This document shows, one piece after another, positions 29,911-50,199 of a DNA stretch of 64,000 nt. Position 1 is the stretch's first letter. Every line of letters starts with the position of its first letter. The notes beneath the pieces are model-generated. The model made no database searches. It was not told where the DNA came from and saw nothing but the letters and a program-made list of their open reading frames with translations. Position numbers and translations under genes: made by a program. This DNA comes from the human T2T-CHM13v2.0 reference genome, Homo sapiens, in NCBI RefSeq assembly GCF_009914755.1, contig NC_060938.1; one strand, given 5' to 3'.

Positions 29911-30925
29911 TTGTTGCTTATAGCCTCTTTGCCTTATGTATTCCTATAATAATTAAGCATTTGTAACAAACAAAATATTCCATATCTGTAGATTCTGTGC
30001 CCTGAACTTGATACTTCCACTATCCGAATTATGCAGACGCTACTTGTCTGAAGTTAAAGTACATTCTTATTTTTATATCTCATATCAATATTGATATCTC
30101 CTTGGAAGTTTACATGACCTCTCCAGACAGATTCAGGAAGCTCTTCAATCCTCCATTGTACATTATTTATACTAAAATTATAGAAACAATTGTAAATGAA
30201 TATGGTTTTAATTTCTCTATTACATAACATGTTTGTTTAGTACAAGCAGTAGGAAACTTCCATTTTGGGGCCAATATATTTATGATTTTTAGCTAATCCA
30301 GGGTAGAATAAAGATGACTGGGAATGTAAAGCAATAAGAATCACAGAGCACCTGCCAGATTTTTTTCTATTCCCACTTAGGAATAGGGATTTCTGATTTC
30401 CACTGGAGAAGATTCACCATAAGTAAATTGTGCTTCCCTTTACCTGTTTTATCTGCAGCCAGATTCTGAACTGTTAGTCCTTTGAATAGGGTAATAGGGT
30501 GCAGTGGTAAAAGCTATTTATTTCCTCCTTAAAAGTCCTTTTTTCTTCATTTATTTTTACCACCCATGTTGTCACCCAGTTTTTTCTTAGGGACTATCTG
30601 TTGCACCGATGGAAAGTATCAGAATGTTGCTAACCCCATGCCTAAATTAAGCTTGTAAATAATCTCTTTGTATTGCCATGTGTTTATAATTAATAGAATG
30701 GATGGATTCTGGGTTATTTTGTTATTTGTACAATCCTTTCTTGATCTGTTTTATTTGTGTTCTGTTAATTGTGAGCAAACTATTTGTTTTTTCTGCTCAA
30801 TACTATGAAAATAATCAGACACTGACTTTCCAATATATCTCATTGATGTTAAATGTATTTATCTCTATTTCTGTTTATGTATTTTGACTCTGCTTTTTTT
30901 TATGTGAGCATGCGCTTATTTAGAC

Positions 30926-31580
30926 TGCACTTCAGTCAGTTCAGCTGCTATAAAAAATTAACATAGACATTGTGGCTTATAAACAACAGAAATCTACTTC
31001 TCATTGTTTTGGAGGATGGAAGTCTGAGATCAAGGTGCCAGCATGGTAGAGTTCTGGTTAGGGCCTCTTCCATGTTACAGACTGCCAACATTTTGTATCC
31101 TCACATGGTTGAAAGGCAGAGCAAGACAGAGCTCTTCAGAATTTTTTTGTTTTTGTTTTTGTTTTGAGATGGAGTCTCCCTCTGTCGCCCAGGCTGCAAT
31201 GCAGTGGCACGATCTCAGCTCACTGCAAGCTCCGCCTCCCGGGTTCACGCCATTCTCCTGCCTCAGCCTCCCTGGGACTACAGGCGCCTGCGACGACCCC
31301 CGGCTAATTTCTTTTCTTATTTTTAGTAGAGATGGGGTTTCACCTTGTTAGCCAGGATGGTGTCGATCTCCTGACCTCGTGATCCGCCCTCCTTGGCCTC
31401 CCAAAGTACAGGTGTGAGCCACCGCGCCCGGCCCAGAATATTTTTTATAAGGTTACTAATCTCATTCATGAAGGCTCCACTTTTATGACCTAATTACTTC
31501 CTAAAATCCCACCTCCTAATATCATCATATTGTGGAGTTAGGATTTCAATGTAATCCTGGGTGGATAAAAATATCCAGTG
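30926..31580 (-). mobile_element. MLT1A/MST-type MaLR LTR interrupted by AluY
   Basis: GGCTTATAAACAACAGAAAT...GAAGTCTGAGATCAAGGTGCCAGCATGG and CACCTCCTAATATCATCA...GTTAGGATTTCAA. Confidence 0.85.
31142..31433 (-). mobile_element. AluY with two small internal deletions
   Basis: Y-diagnostic CACTGCAAGCTCCGCCTCCCGGGTTCACGCCATTCTCC; flanked by CAGAAT-T-rich direct repeats. Confidence 0.92.
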
Positions 31581-31884
31581 TGTTATATTATGTTTACCTG
31601 TTTCAAAAACACTTTGAATTTGAACATAATAATATATTTATTACCATTTTATTTTCAATCTCTTTGCTACCTAACCATTTTAGCATATTTTGTGTATTAC
31701 AGAATATTGTCAAATTAATACTTATATTATACTCTTTTACAGTATGAAGAACTTGTGAAGAATGTTCTCTGTTCCTTTCAATTATGCTTTATTACAGAAT
31801 TTAAAAAGCTATCTGCATTTTGTATGGTATATTCCTTACTTTCTTCTCCACAGGTATTAAAGTTGTGTGTTAAAGTTAAGCTAT

Positions 31885-32360
31885 GTCACTAAATGCTTTG
31901 GTAGATTACACTCATGACCCCATATTTTCAGACTTCTCTGTATCCTCACAATTCTGTAGTGCTCTCCCACAGTGACTCTTGGCTTGGCCATCACTTACCC
32001 AATGGGTATTTAGCAAACATGACATAAGCAGGAGCTTAAAAATGTTGTGCTTTTTTTCTTCCTCATTTGGTCCCCTGAAACAACCATGACCATATACATT
32101 AACTAGCATGCTGGAGGGATGTTAGAGATGCATGGACAAGAGCTGAGTTGACTCAGCAGAGTCCACTCTATACCATTAGAACCCCTCAACTTTACCACAA
32201 ATACATTAGTAAGCCCACTAGAGATGAGTTGACCCAGCGAAGTACTCATAACCACCAGCCAATCCATGGAGTTGAAAGAAATCATTAGTGTTTTATTTTG
32301 CTTTGTGCCACTACGTTTTTGCTTGTTTCACAATATTACTGAAGCCATAAGTGATTGATA
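31885..32360 (+). mobile_element. MLT1-family LTR
   Basis: TGGTAGATTAC...CCCACAGTGACTCTTGGCTTGGCCAT...GCCACTACGTTTT...AAGTGATTGATAC. Confidence 0.7.
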
Positions 32361-32744
32361 CTGGTGTCTGAATATTTAAAAATGTTATACCTTGGCGGTA
32401 GGTAGACCATTTTATCATAACATGTTATCTATTTGTATTAAATTTTCTTACCTTAAAGTTTACCTTACCTGATACAAATATATCAACACTATTTTAGCCT
32501 CTTTTTTTTCTGACACAACTTTTTTTACCCTTGTATTCTTAATCTTTTTGTGTCTATGTGTTTGAACAGTTTGTCCATTATAAATAATATAGTTTTTAAA
32601 CTTTTATCAGATACTTTTGCACATATTAGCTTATTTAGTCTATTTATATTTAATATATTTATTGATACATTAGGCTTATATCTACCTTTTTACCATTTGT
32701 TTTCTGTTTATCTTACCTATCTTGGTTTCACCAGCAAACTTCAA

Positions 32745-35295
<2,551 letters not shown>

Positions 35296-35306
35296 AGATG
35301 TTCCAA

Positions 35307-35618
35307 GGTTCGGGTGCGGTGGCTCACATCTGTAATCCCAGCACTTCAGGAGGCCTAGGCAGGCGGATCACTTAAGGTCAGGAGTTTGAAACCAGTCTGG
35401 CCAACATGGTGAAACCCCATCTCTACTAAAAAAATACCAAAAACATTAGCTGGGGGTGGTGGTGGGCACCTGTAATCCCAGCTACTCAAGAGTCTGAGGC
35501 AGGAGAATTGCCTGAACCTGGGAGGCAGAGGTTGCAGTGAGCCTAGATTGAGCCATTGCACTCCAGGCTGGGCTACAGAGTGAGACGCCATCTCAAAATA
35601 AATAAATAAATAATAAAA
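35307..35618 (+). mobile_element. AluSx-type, full length
   Basis: Both monomers present; (AAAT)n tail. Confidence 0.93.
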
Positions 35619-36076
35619 GTGCTACCCCTCAATACATACAAGCGAATGAGTGAAATATAATTTATGCCAGACTATTATAAATGTTTCAGAAAAATGAGGT
35701 GGATTAAACGATTTTGTACGCAAGTGAATATGTGTTTCCGTTTGTCAAAGGAAGTATATTTGCAATTTAAAAACTATGAGCTGGAAAGTCATCTCTGAGA
35801 ATATAATTTACAAATAATGTAGACAGCTAAATAAATATCTGACTGTAGATGTTGGGTATTATTCTGGGTAGAGAGAAAAACAATTGCAAATTCCTCAAGG
35901 TGAAAGGGTTAGAGAACACATCAGTGTTATTGGTGCAGAGTGAGAAAATAGGAAAGTTACATCATATTAGTACAGACATAGAGAGCTAGATTATATAAAA
36001 CTTGGAGACTACTGTAAGGTTTTGGCTTTTTTTTTCTGATTGAAGTGAGATGCTATTGGAAATTGGAAGAAGTAAT

Positions 36077-36740
<664 letters not shown>

Positions 36741-38171
36741 TAGTTGAATTAAAAGAGTTGTTTAAAAAATATATATTTTAGCGGTAGTTTAGGCAATTGG
36801 CTGCAGGGATGAAAGGGCAGAAAAGGAAAAATTGTATATAAGAATATTGCAATAACTCAGTGATTATGAAAGCATAGACCCAAATAATTTTCTACTAAAA
36901 ATATAGGATTCTTGATTTTTTATTGTTGTTGTTTCTTGTTTTGTTGTGAGTTATTTTTTATTGTTGTTGTTTGTTTTGTAATACTGACAGGATTGGCTGC
37001 TGTGTAAGAAAACAAGGATTGGTGGTAATTTCAAAGCTCTTAACCTATGGAACATGAAGGAAAAATAGCGAAGATGAAAGAATGAGTATATTGAGGATAG
37101 GATTAGAGGGTAGAGTGTAGATGTGCGAGTTAAAATTTGAAAAACATATTAGGCTTCCAAGAGAAGATGTGAAATAGGTAATTGAGACTTTTGATTTGGG
37201 TTCAGTGAAAAACACATAGCTAGAGCAATACTGAAAGATTTCAGTATCAGACATCACTGAGAAAAGTTGGTCACTAAGCAATAAATAATAAAACATTTAG
37301 AGACTAAATGCTGGGATTTGCCCATATTTGGTAGAATAGATGAGGAGAAAAAAGCAAAAGTTACTGAGAAATGGCAACAGCAGAAAAAATACAAAAACAA
37401 GGTCTTCTAATACATGGAAAAGAAGTTGAGTATTTCAGAAAAAGATAATTGTTCAACTTTAATGTATTTTCCTGATAATTGGTGAGAATAATTTTGTAAC
37501 ATGGAGATTCTATACATACACCAGTGTTAACAAAAATGCTTCAGATTTTGTAACGGACGGTCAATAAAGTATTTGTATTTTTAGAAACGAAAACTGAAAC
37601 TATTCCAGATTTTTATCAGTGATAAAATGGATAAAGGAGTATAAACATTGGGAAATTCAGCAACACTTTATAGGACTTAAGTATAAAGTAAATCTTGATG
37701 TCCTGATGTGAAAGTATGCCTGTGAACACTCAATAAAAAATTAAATAATAAAAAAATAGGTTTAGTTAAAAGCAAAAATACACAAAGACAAATGAGAAAT
37801 ATTCTTACCTCAGGAGGTTAATATGAAGTGGGCTGGTTAATAACATAGCAGTCTTAATGTAAACACTTCTAAAATAAAACAATATTCAAAATAAAAACTG
37901 ATAATGAGTTTCTATTTGCAAAAAAATTAAAAGCAAAGACTAAGATACTTACAAATTAAAAAGCAGAATTGTAAATGTAGGAAGCTTGACCAAAGAAAAT
38001 ACTAATTTTTTAAAAAATTACAACTTTTATTGATGTTTGGTATTTTCATGTATGAAAACATAAGCCAATTTTCACAACATCAATCTTGAGCAGGAATGAA
38101 AAATATCAATGTAATGACCCTATAATCTGTAAGTTTTTAATATGGATAATATGAGGTAAAACCCTTTGGAA

Positions 38172-39502
38172 AGAAATAATGCCACATATCTACAACTATC
38201 TGATCTTTGACAAACCTGACAAAAACAAGCAATGGGGAAAAGATTCCCTATTTAATAAATTGTGCTGGGAAAACTGGCTAGCCATATATAGAAAGCTGAA
38301 ACTGGATCCCTTCCTTACACTTTATACAAAAATTAATTCAAGATGGATTAAAGACTTACATATTAGACCTTAAACCATAAAAACCCTAGAAGAAAACCTA
38401 GGCAATACCATTCAGAACATAGGCATGGGCAAGGACTTCATGTCTAAAACACCAAAAGCAATGGCAACAAAAGCCAAAATTGGCAAATGGGATCTAATTA
38501 AACTAAAGAGCTTCTGCATGGCAAAAGAAACTACCACTAGAGTGAACAGGCAACCTACAGAATGGGAGAAAATTTTTGCAATCTACTCATCTGACAAAGG
38601 GCCAATATCCAGAATCTACAGTGAACTCAAACAAATTTACAAGAAAAAAACAAACAACCCCATCAAAAAGTGGGCAAAGGATATGAACAGACACTTCTCA
38701 AAAGAAGACATTTATGCAGCCAAAAGACACATAAAAAATGCTCATCATCACTGGCCATCAGAGAAATGCAAATCAAAACCACAATGAGATACCATCTCAC
38801 ACCAGTTAGAATGGCAATCATTAAAAAGTCAGGAAACAACAGGTGCTGGAGAGGATGTGGAGAAATAGGAACACTTTTACACTGTTGGTGGGACTGTAAA
38901 CTAGTTCAACCATTGTGCAAGTCAGTGTGGCGATTCCTCAGGGATCTAGAACTAGAAATACCGTTTGACCCAGCCATCCCATTACTGGGTATATACCCAA
39001 AGGATTATAAATCATGCTGCTATAAAGACACATGCACACGTATGTTTACTGCGGCACTATTCACAATAGCAAAGACTTGGAACCAACCCAAATGTCCAAC
39101 AATGATGGACTGGATTAAGAAAATGTGGCACATATACACCATGGAATACTATGCAGCCATAAAAAAGGATGAGTTCATGTCCTCTGTAGGGACATAGATG
39201 AAGCTGGAAACCATCATTCTCAGCAAACTATCGCAGGGACAAAAAACTGAACACTGCATGTTCTCACTCATAGGTGGGAATTGAACAGTGAGAACACATG
39301 GACACAGGAAGGGGAACATCACACACCGGGGACTGTTGTGGGGTGGGGGAAGAGGGGAGGGATAGCATTAGGAGATATACCTAATGCTAAATGACGAGTT
39401 AATGGGTGCAGCACACCAACATGGCACATGTATACATAAGTAACAAACCTGCAAGTTGTGCACATGTACCCTAAAACTTAAAGTATAATAATAATAAAAA
39501 AA
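38172..39502 (+). mobile_element. 5'-truncated LINE-1 (L1PA4/5-like), ~1.3 kb
   Basis: ORFs 38179-39197 are the ORF2p C-terminus. 3'UTR has GCTAAATGACGAGTTAATGGG..CACCAAC; poly(A) present. Confidence 0.95.
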
Positions 39503-39989
39503 GAAATCATAAATAAAAGGTTATAAAAAAGATTGAGATAGAAGTAGTTTCAAGCCCCAATCAAAGGACAAGAAAACATAGAAGGTACAATCACTTTTTC
39601 AATAATATAGCCTTCAGGACATTTATTTTTGAAGTTTTTAGTGAATGTTCTTAAGTGTTAATACTAAACATTTGCACTTCATTCATATGTAGGTGGGAGT
39701 ATTTAATCTTCCTCAATATAAAAAATTATAATTTTTAAAAACATTTTACATACTAGTTTTATAATGACAGTTCAACTTGAAATAAAGTTTAGCATTTTAA
39801 AATTAAGGAGTGTGGCTGAAAGAAAATTATTAAAATTAAATTTATGATACTACTCTATAGCATTAAGTACCTTTATATAATTTTACACGTGTATGACAAT
39901 TTACAAAATTTTAAAAATTACAGATGTTTTCAAATGAATCTAACTTATTACATTAAAGAAGTTCTGATTTTACCATACTCAGTTAGATT

Positions 39990-40284
39990 TATACTCTGTT
40001 ATTGGGAAACTAAGACTGCTAGAAAATGTCCTCCAGTAAAATGATAATAAATGTTGAACAGAATGAAAAAACCTCCTAGAGGCACTGAAGAGTAAACAAA
40101 GTAGAAACAGACACACAGTCATTGGAGGTACACACTGGAGGAAGCAAAAAGGGGCTGTAAAATATGAATTTTTTTGTCTTTTAGCCTTGGGCTAAGGACA
40201 ATTGGTATACTGTGTGCATTAGGCAATTCGGGTGACAATAAATCAAAAAAAAAAAAGTAATTCTACTCTAGGAATCAAAAAACA

Positions 40285-40315
<31 letters not shown>

Positions 40316-41695
40316 AAGAAAAGAAAAGAGGAAAAGAGTACTGAAGAAACTGAGCATGCTGAAGAAAGTCAGGAAATCTTGGAATTCAGAGAAGGAATAC
40401 CCCCAACATTTCTGACTGACGCATGAACGATGAATTCAGGAATCATTTGCACTTATAATGTTCAGGAATCAATCTGATTTACTCAGTACAAAAAATGAAG
40501 AAAATGGAATGCATGTCGTAGATTAAAGACAAAAGCTTGGTTTAATCAGAAATAAACTAGGTGTTAGAAGTGGCATTCAAAAATTTTAAAGTATTAAAAA
40601 AATTTTAAGTATTATTTTAGTAACTCTAATTAATTTAAAAGTGATGCGCAATGAATAAGATTCCACAATGAATAAGAAATTTTAGTCATGGAACAGAAAA
40701 GATTTAAAGGAATCAAGTGAAAATTCTAGAACTGAAAAATATTTCAAATTTAAAAACAAATGTAAACACTATCTGGATAACATCCAAGGAGAAGACAAGA
40801 AAAAAAAAAGAGAGAGAGAGAAAACGAACTTGAAGACAGATAATTAGAAATTGTCCACAGTGAAGAATAAAAAGAGAAAAGACTGAAAAAAATGAACAGA
40901 GACACAGAGAATTGTTAGATAATATGTGGCCTAAAATCAGTGTGATTAGAATCTCAGGAAGACAGAAAATAAAGAATGAAAAATAAAAAGAAAAAATTAG
41001 AAGAAATAATGACTCACAGTTCTCCAGACTTCATAAAAAAGAAATGAAATAATACAAAGTACTAAACATCAATCAGAATAAGACCAAAGAGGCCCACCCT
41101 GAAATACATTATAATACACTGTGGAAATCTAAAAGTAAGAATAAATTTTAAAAGGAACATGTGAAAAATAACATATTAACATTCCAGTTAAATTACCATC
41201 TGAATGATAAGTTGATTTTTGGCAGAAACCATGGAGGCCAGAAACAAAGTGTGGCAACACATTTATAATGCCGAAAGAGAAAAAAAAAAAGTTGATCCAA
41301 AATTCTATACTCAATTAGTGGAATCATACATTTAAAAATGACTAAGATGTTTTAAAATGTTTTTAAAAATGTTATCTTACCAAACATTTATAAATTTCAG
41401 TTAAATTTTTTTTAATAATTCAAGAATATAGACATACAACATTTTAAATGAAGAACTAACAGAACTTTCTGATAGAGAACTTTTATTGTGGGAAATGCTA
41501 AAAGCATTTTTTCAGGCTACATGGAAATAACACTAAATAAAAATGTAAATTCTTACATAAGAATAAAAGAGTATCAGACATTGTAAATATCTAGGTAAAT
41601 TTAAAAAAATTATTTCCTTACTGCTGTCTTAATTGCTTTTAAAACACATAACTTATTAAAGTGAAGATTAAAATACTGTCTTCTGGGATGAGCAA
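39990..41695 (+). mobile_element. Ancient L1M 5'/ORF1-region remnant
   Basis: A-rich ORF1-like motifs GAACTTGAAGACAGA, AAAAAATGAACAGAG, CAGAAACCATGGAGGCCAGAA, AAAATTCTATAC. Confidence 0.65.
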
Positions 41696-41697
41696 TA

Positions 41698-41842
41698 CAG
41701 ATTGGCCATCCATAATCAGAAAATCATAAATCTGAAATACTCCAAAATAGAACCTTTTTCAGTGCTAATGTCATGCCACAAGTGAAAAATTTCACAGCTG
41801 ACCTCATATGATGGGTTTCAGTCAAAATGCAGTCAAAACTTT
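41698..41842 (+). mobile_element. Tigger4b/MER46-type left-end fragment
   Basis: TA + CAG start, AAATCTGAAATACTCCAAAAT, ATGCCACAAGTGAAAAATTTCACA..TGACCTCAT..GTCAAAA. Right end not found. Confidence 0.75.
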
Positions 41843-41845
41843 CTT

Positions 41846-44525
<2,680 letters not shown>

Positions 44526-44559
44526 CACACACATACACACAAATTACACAAACATACTC

Positions 44560-44930
44560 TAGAAGAAATATGAATACCTTCTATTACTCAAAAGGAATTG
44601 AATCAACAATAAGAAACTTTCAAAGACAACTCTAGGCCCAGATGGCTTCACTGGTGAATTGTCAAATATTTAGGGAAGAAAAAATACCAACCATATACTT
44701 TGTATTTTCAGAAAATAATGTAGGTTGGAACATTTGCCAACTCAATTCATAAGACCAGTGTTACAGTAATATCAAATCTAGAAAACTATATCAGATTTAA
44801 AAAGAACTGCAGACCATTATGCCTCATTGGCAGAGATGAAATCATTCCTAATAAAGTGTTAGCAACTTGAGCTAACACTTTATTTATGTATTTAAAGAAA
44901 TACATAATGACCAACTGGGATACCAGGGTG
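44560..44930 (+). mobile_element. Ancient L1M ORF2 fragment
   Basis: CTAGGCCCAGATGGCTTCACTGGTGAATT (GPDGFTGE), CCAACTCA.TTCATAAGACCAG. Confidence 0.75.
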
Positions 44931-46454
44931 GATCAGTTGGAAAGACAATGAGGATAATTAATTATATAATTTTTATGGTGTAAGAATTGATAACAAAATG
45001 TGAAGATTAAATGTAAAGATTTACTTTTCAGAGATAGTAAAGGAAATATGGTATAACAACAGGAGCCATATGGAATAAATTCAGGGCAATGATATTTCAA
45101 AAAAAATTACTGTTTGTGTGTTCATTGCTACAAGCTCCAAAATATTCCTGAGTAAATTTTTATATCATAATGCATAGAATAAAGGGTTTGAAATCACTTG
45201 CCAGTATCTGTAATCATGTTTATTCTATTTCTTAAAATCATATGGTATACTTATTGTCTTCTTTGATCATTTAGGGCTTTGATATTATTCTCAATAATGT
45301 TTTTACCTTATTCGTTTTGACTGTTGGAACTTTATTCTTTCATGCCAAATAAGCATTTAAGTATTTTTTAAATCAAGAAGTAAATGTCTTAAACTATTTT
45401 TATTGGGATAGGGGTTATATTCTTTTGAAAGACTTGTGATTGGTTCACTAGGCTGAATATTATCTCTTCTTTATAACTTCTCATAAAAAGCACATTTTAT
45501 ATAAGCTAATAGTCTTAAAAGTATAATCAGTAAAAAATAATTATTCTCCTATATGCACGCTTTTCAATAGTTGATTTTAATTGTTACGAATTTTAAAATG
45601 TATATGAAATTCTGGTACAGTGATTCTCAAGTGTGTCATATTTTCAAATAAACTATTATTTCTGAAAAAGAAAAATTAAACTGCATTCTTCAGGTAAAAA
45701 ATTCTTTTTAAACTATGCGTTAATTTTTGTGGCATCAACAATTTCCTAGGTTAAGATATTTTAAACTTATATGTTATTTATTTTAACAGATTTATAAGAC
45801 ACGGACTCTTTTAAGGTAGCCCAGAAGCTTTACACTGCCAATCTAGGATGATAGATGTGTTATATTTATTGGTCAAGAATCTATTCTTATTAATGTTGAC
45901 TTAGTGAATATGAACAAATTTTAACAAACCTCTTCTTCCATTTCTCTATAGATGTATAACAATTGATGGTCTTTCACATATTCTGATTCACATATTTACT
46001 ATATCTGCCTTTCACTTTTGGTCATTTGTGTTTGCTCTTTATACACTAGAATGCAGATTTCATGATCACAAGGACATTAATATATTTTTCATAATAATAA
46101 CTCCAAAATGTAATTAGCAACTAACTCAGTAACTTTTATACACACACACGTACACACACACACAAACACATATATTCTCCATCTATATTGTAAGTTTAAA
46201 TATTTCCATCCCATATTCTTTGCTAATGCTTTGCAAAAGGATGTCATTATTTTATAAAATTTCCTCTTATTTTTCTAGAGGAATTGGCTAATAGCTGATG
46301 CCTTTATAACAACAACCTCAGTATACATAGCAGATAACTATTTTCGAAGCTTACAAAACATTTTTCATTTCTTGATTCTTACAATAGTCCAATACTAAGA
46401 AGTGTAAAAATAGTGATAAAAATCTAAGAATCTAAAAGAAGTCATATTTTTATT

Positions 46455-46645
46455 TCAAATACTGTTCAACCATTTATTAGTATGTGACTTTTGTTTAGTA
46501 TTTCAACTCTGCACCTCAGCTACTCCATCTGTAAAAAAGGTAGTTTTTAATTTCACAGACTTAATGTGAGTATTAAATGAATTCATCTGTATATAACACT
46601 TAACACAATGTCTAGCAAACAGTAAATTTTTAATAAATGTTAAAG
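46455..46645 (+). mobile_element. MIR
   Basis: TGTGACTTT...CCTCAG...CATCTGTAAAA...GTGAGTATTAAATGA...ACAGTAAA..AATAAATGTT. Confidence 0.75.
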
Positions 46646-46812
46646 AGCAATAGGAGGATTATTAATTTACTTTTATAGGTAAAAAAAGTTTCAGACAATT
46701 TAAGTGACTTTTTAAAACTAACACAGTCAGTTTAAGACCACAGAATAGAATTAAATTATGAAAATAACGTATTAGTTTTTTTCTATGTTAATATATTCCA
46801 GAGAAAAAACTA

Positions 46813-47249
46813 CAGTTGACTCTTGAACAATACAGGGTTAAGGAACGCCAATCCCAACGCAGTCTAATCTCTGTGTAGAACATTTAACTCCTCCAATACC
46901 TAACTACTAATAACCTACTGTTGACCAGAAGACTTACCGATAACATAAATAGTAAATTAACACATATGTTGTATATGTTTTTAAACTATATTCTTATAAT
47001 AAAATAATCTAGAGAAAAGAAACTGCTACTAAGAAAATCATATGGAAGACAAAATACATTTACTATTGAATAAGTAGATGTGGATTATCATAAAGATCTT
47101 CATCTCATCTTCACATTCAGCAGGCTGAGAAGAAGGAAGTGGAGGGGCTGTTCCTGCTGTTTCAGGTCTTGGGGATAGCAGAGGTGGAAGAAACTCTCTA
47201 TATAAATATACTTGGCAAGTCCAAATCTATGTTGTTCAAGGGCCAACTG
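46813..47249. mobile_element. Tigger2a (MER28) non-autonomous TcMar element, complete
   Basis: TIRs CAGTTGACTCTTGAACAA / TTGTTCAAGGGCCAACTG; TA duplication on both sides; 437 bp. Confidence 0.9.
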
Positions 47250-48640
47250 TATACATATATTACATAAAAGCTATGAAGATAAAGACTTACAATTCTCAAG
47301 ATTTTTAGAGTAGTCTGTACATTGACTGGGTCAGAAATCCAGCAAGTACAATTTCAAACTCTGCTTTCTTCAAAATACAGGAAATACAATACTATAAAAG
47401 TGATGTACTAAGCATGTTTGGAACTCCAATAAAGTAATAGGAAAAGTTTGGGGTCAAAACTTATTTTGTCTAGGACTGTTTTATCTATCTTTTGTGGATC
47501 TTTTAAAATAGATATATGGTTCAAGGATCAGATATTGTGCTTGGAGCTGTACTCTTCTAAATCAAAATTTTAGTTTCATTCTTTCACAAGTATGCCAAGC
47601 CTGACTTTTGTTACATTTATTATGTAGGGTCATAGGAACTAAAGTGTACCATTATCTTATGCTTAAACTGAGTTATCCAGATTATTGCATTTTGGTTGTA
47701 GTATGACCTTTTCAAAATTAAGTTCACTTTGGTTGTACTTTTCTAAAGAAGTAAGATATAAAAAAGCAGTGGTTTAATCTCCATGCCAGATGAATCCATG
47801 GGCTAAAATGAGATAAGGGTAAGTTTTCATTATCTGTCATGTTTTTTTATTACACACAGAATAGCCATAATGCCTAATACTTGTGATTTCTCCTCTGTTC
47901 ACCTCAGAATCTTTCAAATCCTTTCTGTGATTTAAATAAAGATTAATTACTGTGAACATTCTTTTTTTATCTTATGTTGGCACATATCTGCTTCAGATCT
48001 AAGAACTCAGGTCTTATCAGTTTAAACCCACAGCTGTAAGTCTCTACATCTCTGTATAAAAACATAGTATTCTACATCTCTTTCAACACTTTCTCACTCC
48101 AAAAATTATTGTCATTTGGCTGGGCTCAAGAGACATACCAGCAATAATTTATATTTTTCTTGTAGCCTCTTCCCTATCTTGATTTTTTTTTCTTATCTAT
48201 ATATCGTCTCCTCTGTAGTGGAGACACCAAAGATTAATCTCATGCATAGGAAAGAGAAGCTCATGTGTGTGCTTTCTCTTGTTCTCATTCCATGAAACCA
48301 CATATTTTTAGCTATATTTAGACATAGTAAAGTCTTCACACTAGAATTCTTATAATTTGTAAAAACCAATCAAGATATATGTTATAATTAATACTACAAA
48401 ACTGCTCCAATATTACAGAATGAGGAATAAACTGAAAGGATTAATTCATCTGGAAAACTTTTTACAGAGAGAGTTTAGAACATGAAACTTTCCAAACAGA
48501 ATATATTTGTTAATGGGTTGAAAATAAATAGAAGTGGGTAGTGGTAAGCTACTAGGTCATTATTATGCTAGTTTTCGTCATAGTCTCCTTAGGTATTACC
48601 AAACTTTTTTGTATGCCATGGTTGCATTTAGCTGAACTAA

Positions 48641-48862
48641 GGAAAAGTCCTGCAACCACAAAAATTTAGACTCACAGACGGTTTGAAAGGTGAGTAAAGC
48701 AGGGTTTTATTGAGTGAAAAGAAAGAAAAGGGGGAAACAGGGACTCTCGCTAGGCCACAGTCCCTGCAAGAGAGCTTCCCACCTGGCCATTCAAATCCCC
48801 AGTTCCACACAGGAAGAGGAGGGGCCAGGCTCCTCCCCACCGCAAAGTGCATGAACTTCCAG
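48641..48862 (-). mobile_element. ERV1 LTR internal fragment (MER50-like)
   Basis: GC-richer island with AATAAA on the minus strand; AAAAGGGGGAAACAGGGACTCTC and GGAGGGGCCAGGCTCCTCCCC motifs. Confidence 0.7.
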
Positions 48863-50199
48863 AACTTTGCTTTAACCTGTGGCTTATAATTAACAGAAAA
48901 ATGGCTTATATTTAGAATATATTATATAAAGTGTCCTTACAAATCAATAAGGGAAGCAAAAAAAAAAATCTGCTTAGGAAAAACACGACAAATAGAACCG
49001 TAAGAAGACAAAGTCCCAATAAACATGAAACATGAAAAGATGATGTGCCACCACATTCATAAAAAAGGGTATACAAATTCTGTGAGTCACTATTTTGGAA
49101 TGATAATTAGTTTGACAAAAAGAAAAATCATTACTTTTTTGTTTGACAAGGATACAGAAAATTGGCCACTCTTGCAAAATCTTTATGTTTTATATGCTGA
49201 CAAATTTTGCTATAGAAACATTATTCATCTATGCTAAAATATATGTATAGGAGTTCATGATAACATAGAACCTACTTTGAATCTGTTAAAGAGATTATTC
49301 CAGATGGTAATGATAAACCAATCATGTATTATGCAAGAGCAGTGTCATCTACAGAATAGACCTTTGGTAAGCAAGTTAACAGTAACCATCCCTTTGCTGT
49401 TATAATTGGTGTTTAGGATATACACATCTATAACCATGACCGTACTTTTAAAATGTGTACTAATTTTAGAATTCTTCTAAGGATTTCCATGACCATAATT
49501 AAATCATAGCACATACCGCATGGGTATCTCTTGTTCAGTATTTATGATAACACTCTTCTTGTCAACTCTGGAAGAGCAATATCTTATCCTAATACAAAAA
49601 ACCATCTGGTGCTGCAGATGCCAGGTTGTGGTATCTTGACAGTTTTGATGGTAATACCACTGAGTTAATTCTTTGCTAGAGGCAATGAAAAATGAGTACA
49701 TTTGATTCTTTGATGTATAATTAAAGTAACATGGTTTGTGTCATAAAGGTTTATAAAGTACTTGGGCCAGTCTAGCAAAGCCACATTGATCAGATATGAG
49801 GCTATGTACCAAAAGAAAAACTCCTTCCTGCAGGGCAAACACTATGATTTGTCTGAACACAACATGGTACATCAGAACAATTGTGTTTCATACTCCCTGG
49901 CCTGACCTATTTTGTTAGTCCCACAAGCCACGACCTCAGACTAGCTCTTTGACTTTGAAGAAAGTGTCCATGCTTTCTTCTCATTTTATTTAATGACATC
50001 TCCTATTAATTAGGTTATTGAATTTGATCTGTGACCAGCTCTGCTTCCATTATGGGGCCTAGTTCCCTTTATGTTATGTAATTAAATAGATATATATTTA
50101 ATATATGTTTATTATCACTATTATTATTTTGCCTTTAAATGTTTCTATCAGCCCTTATATTTTCAAGGAATCTTAATGCACTGTACCTGTGTGGCAAAT

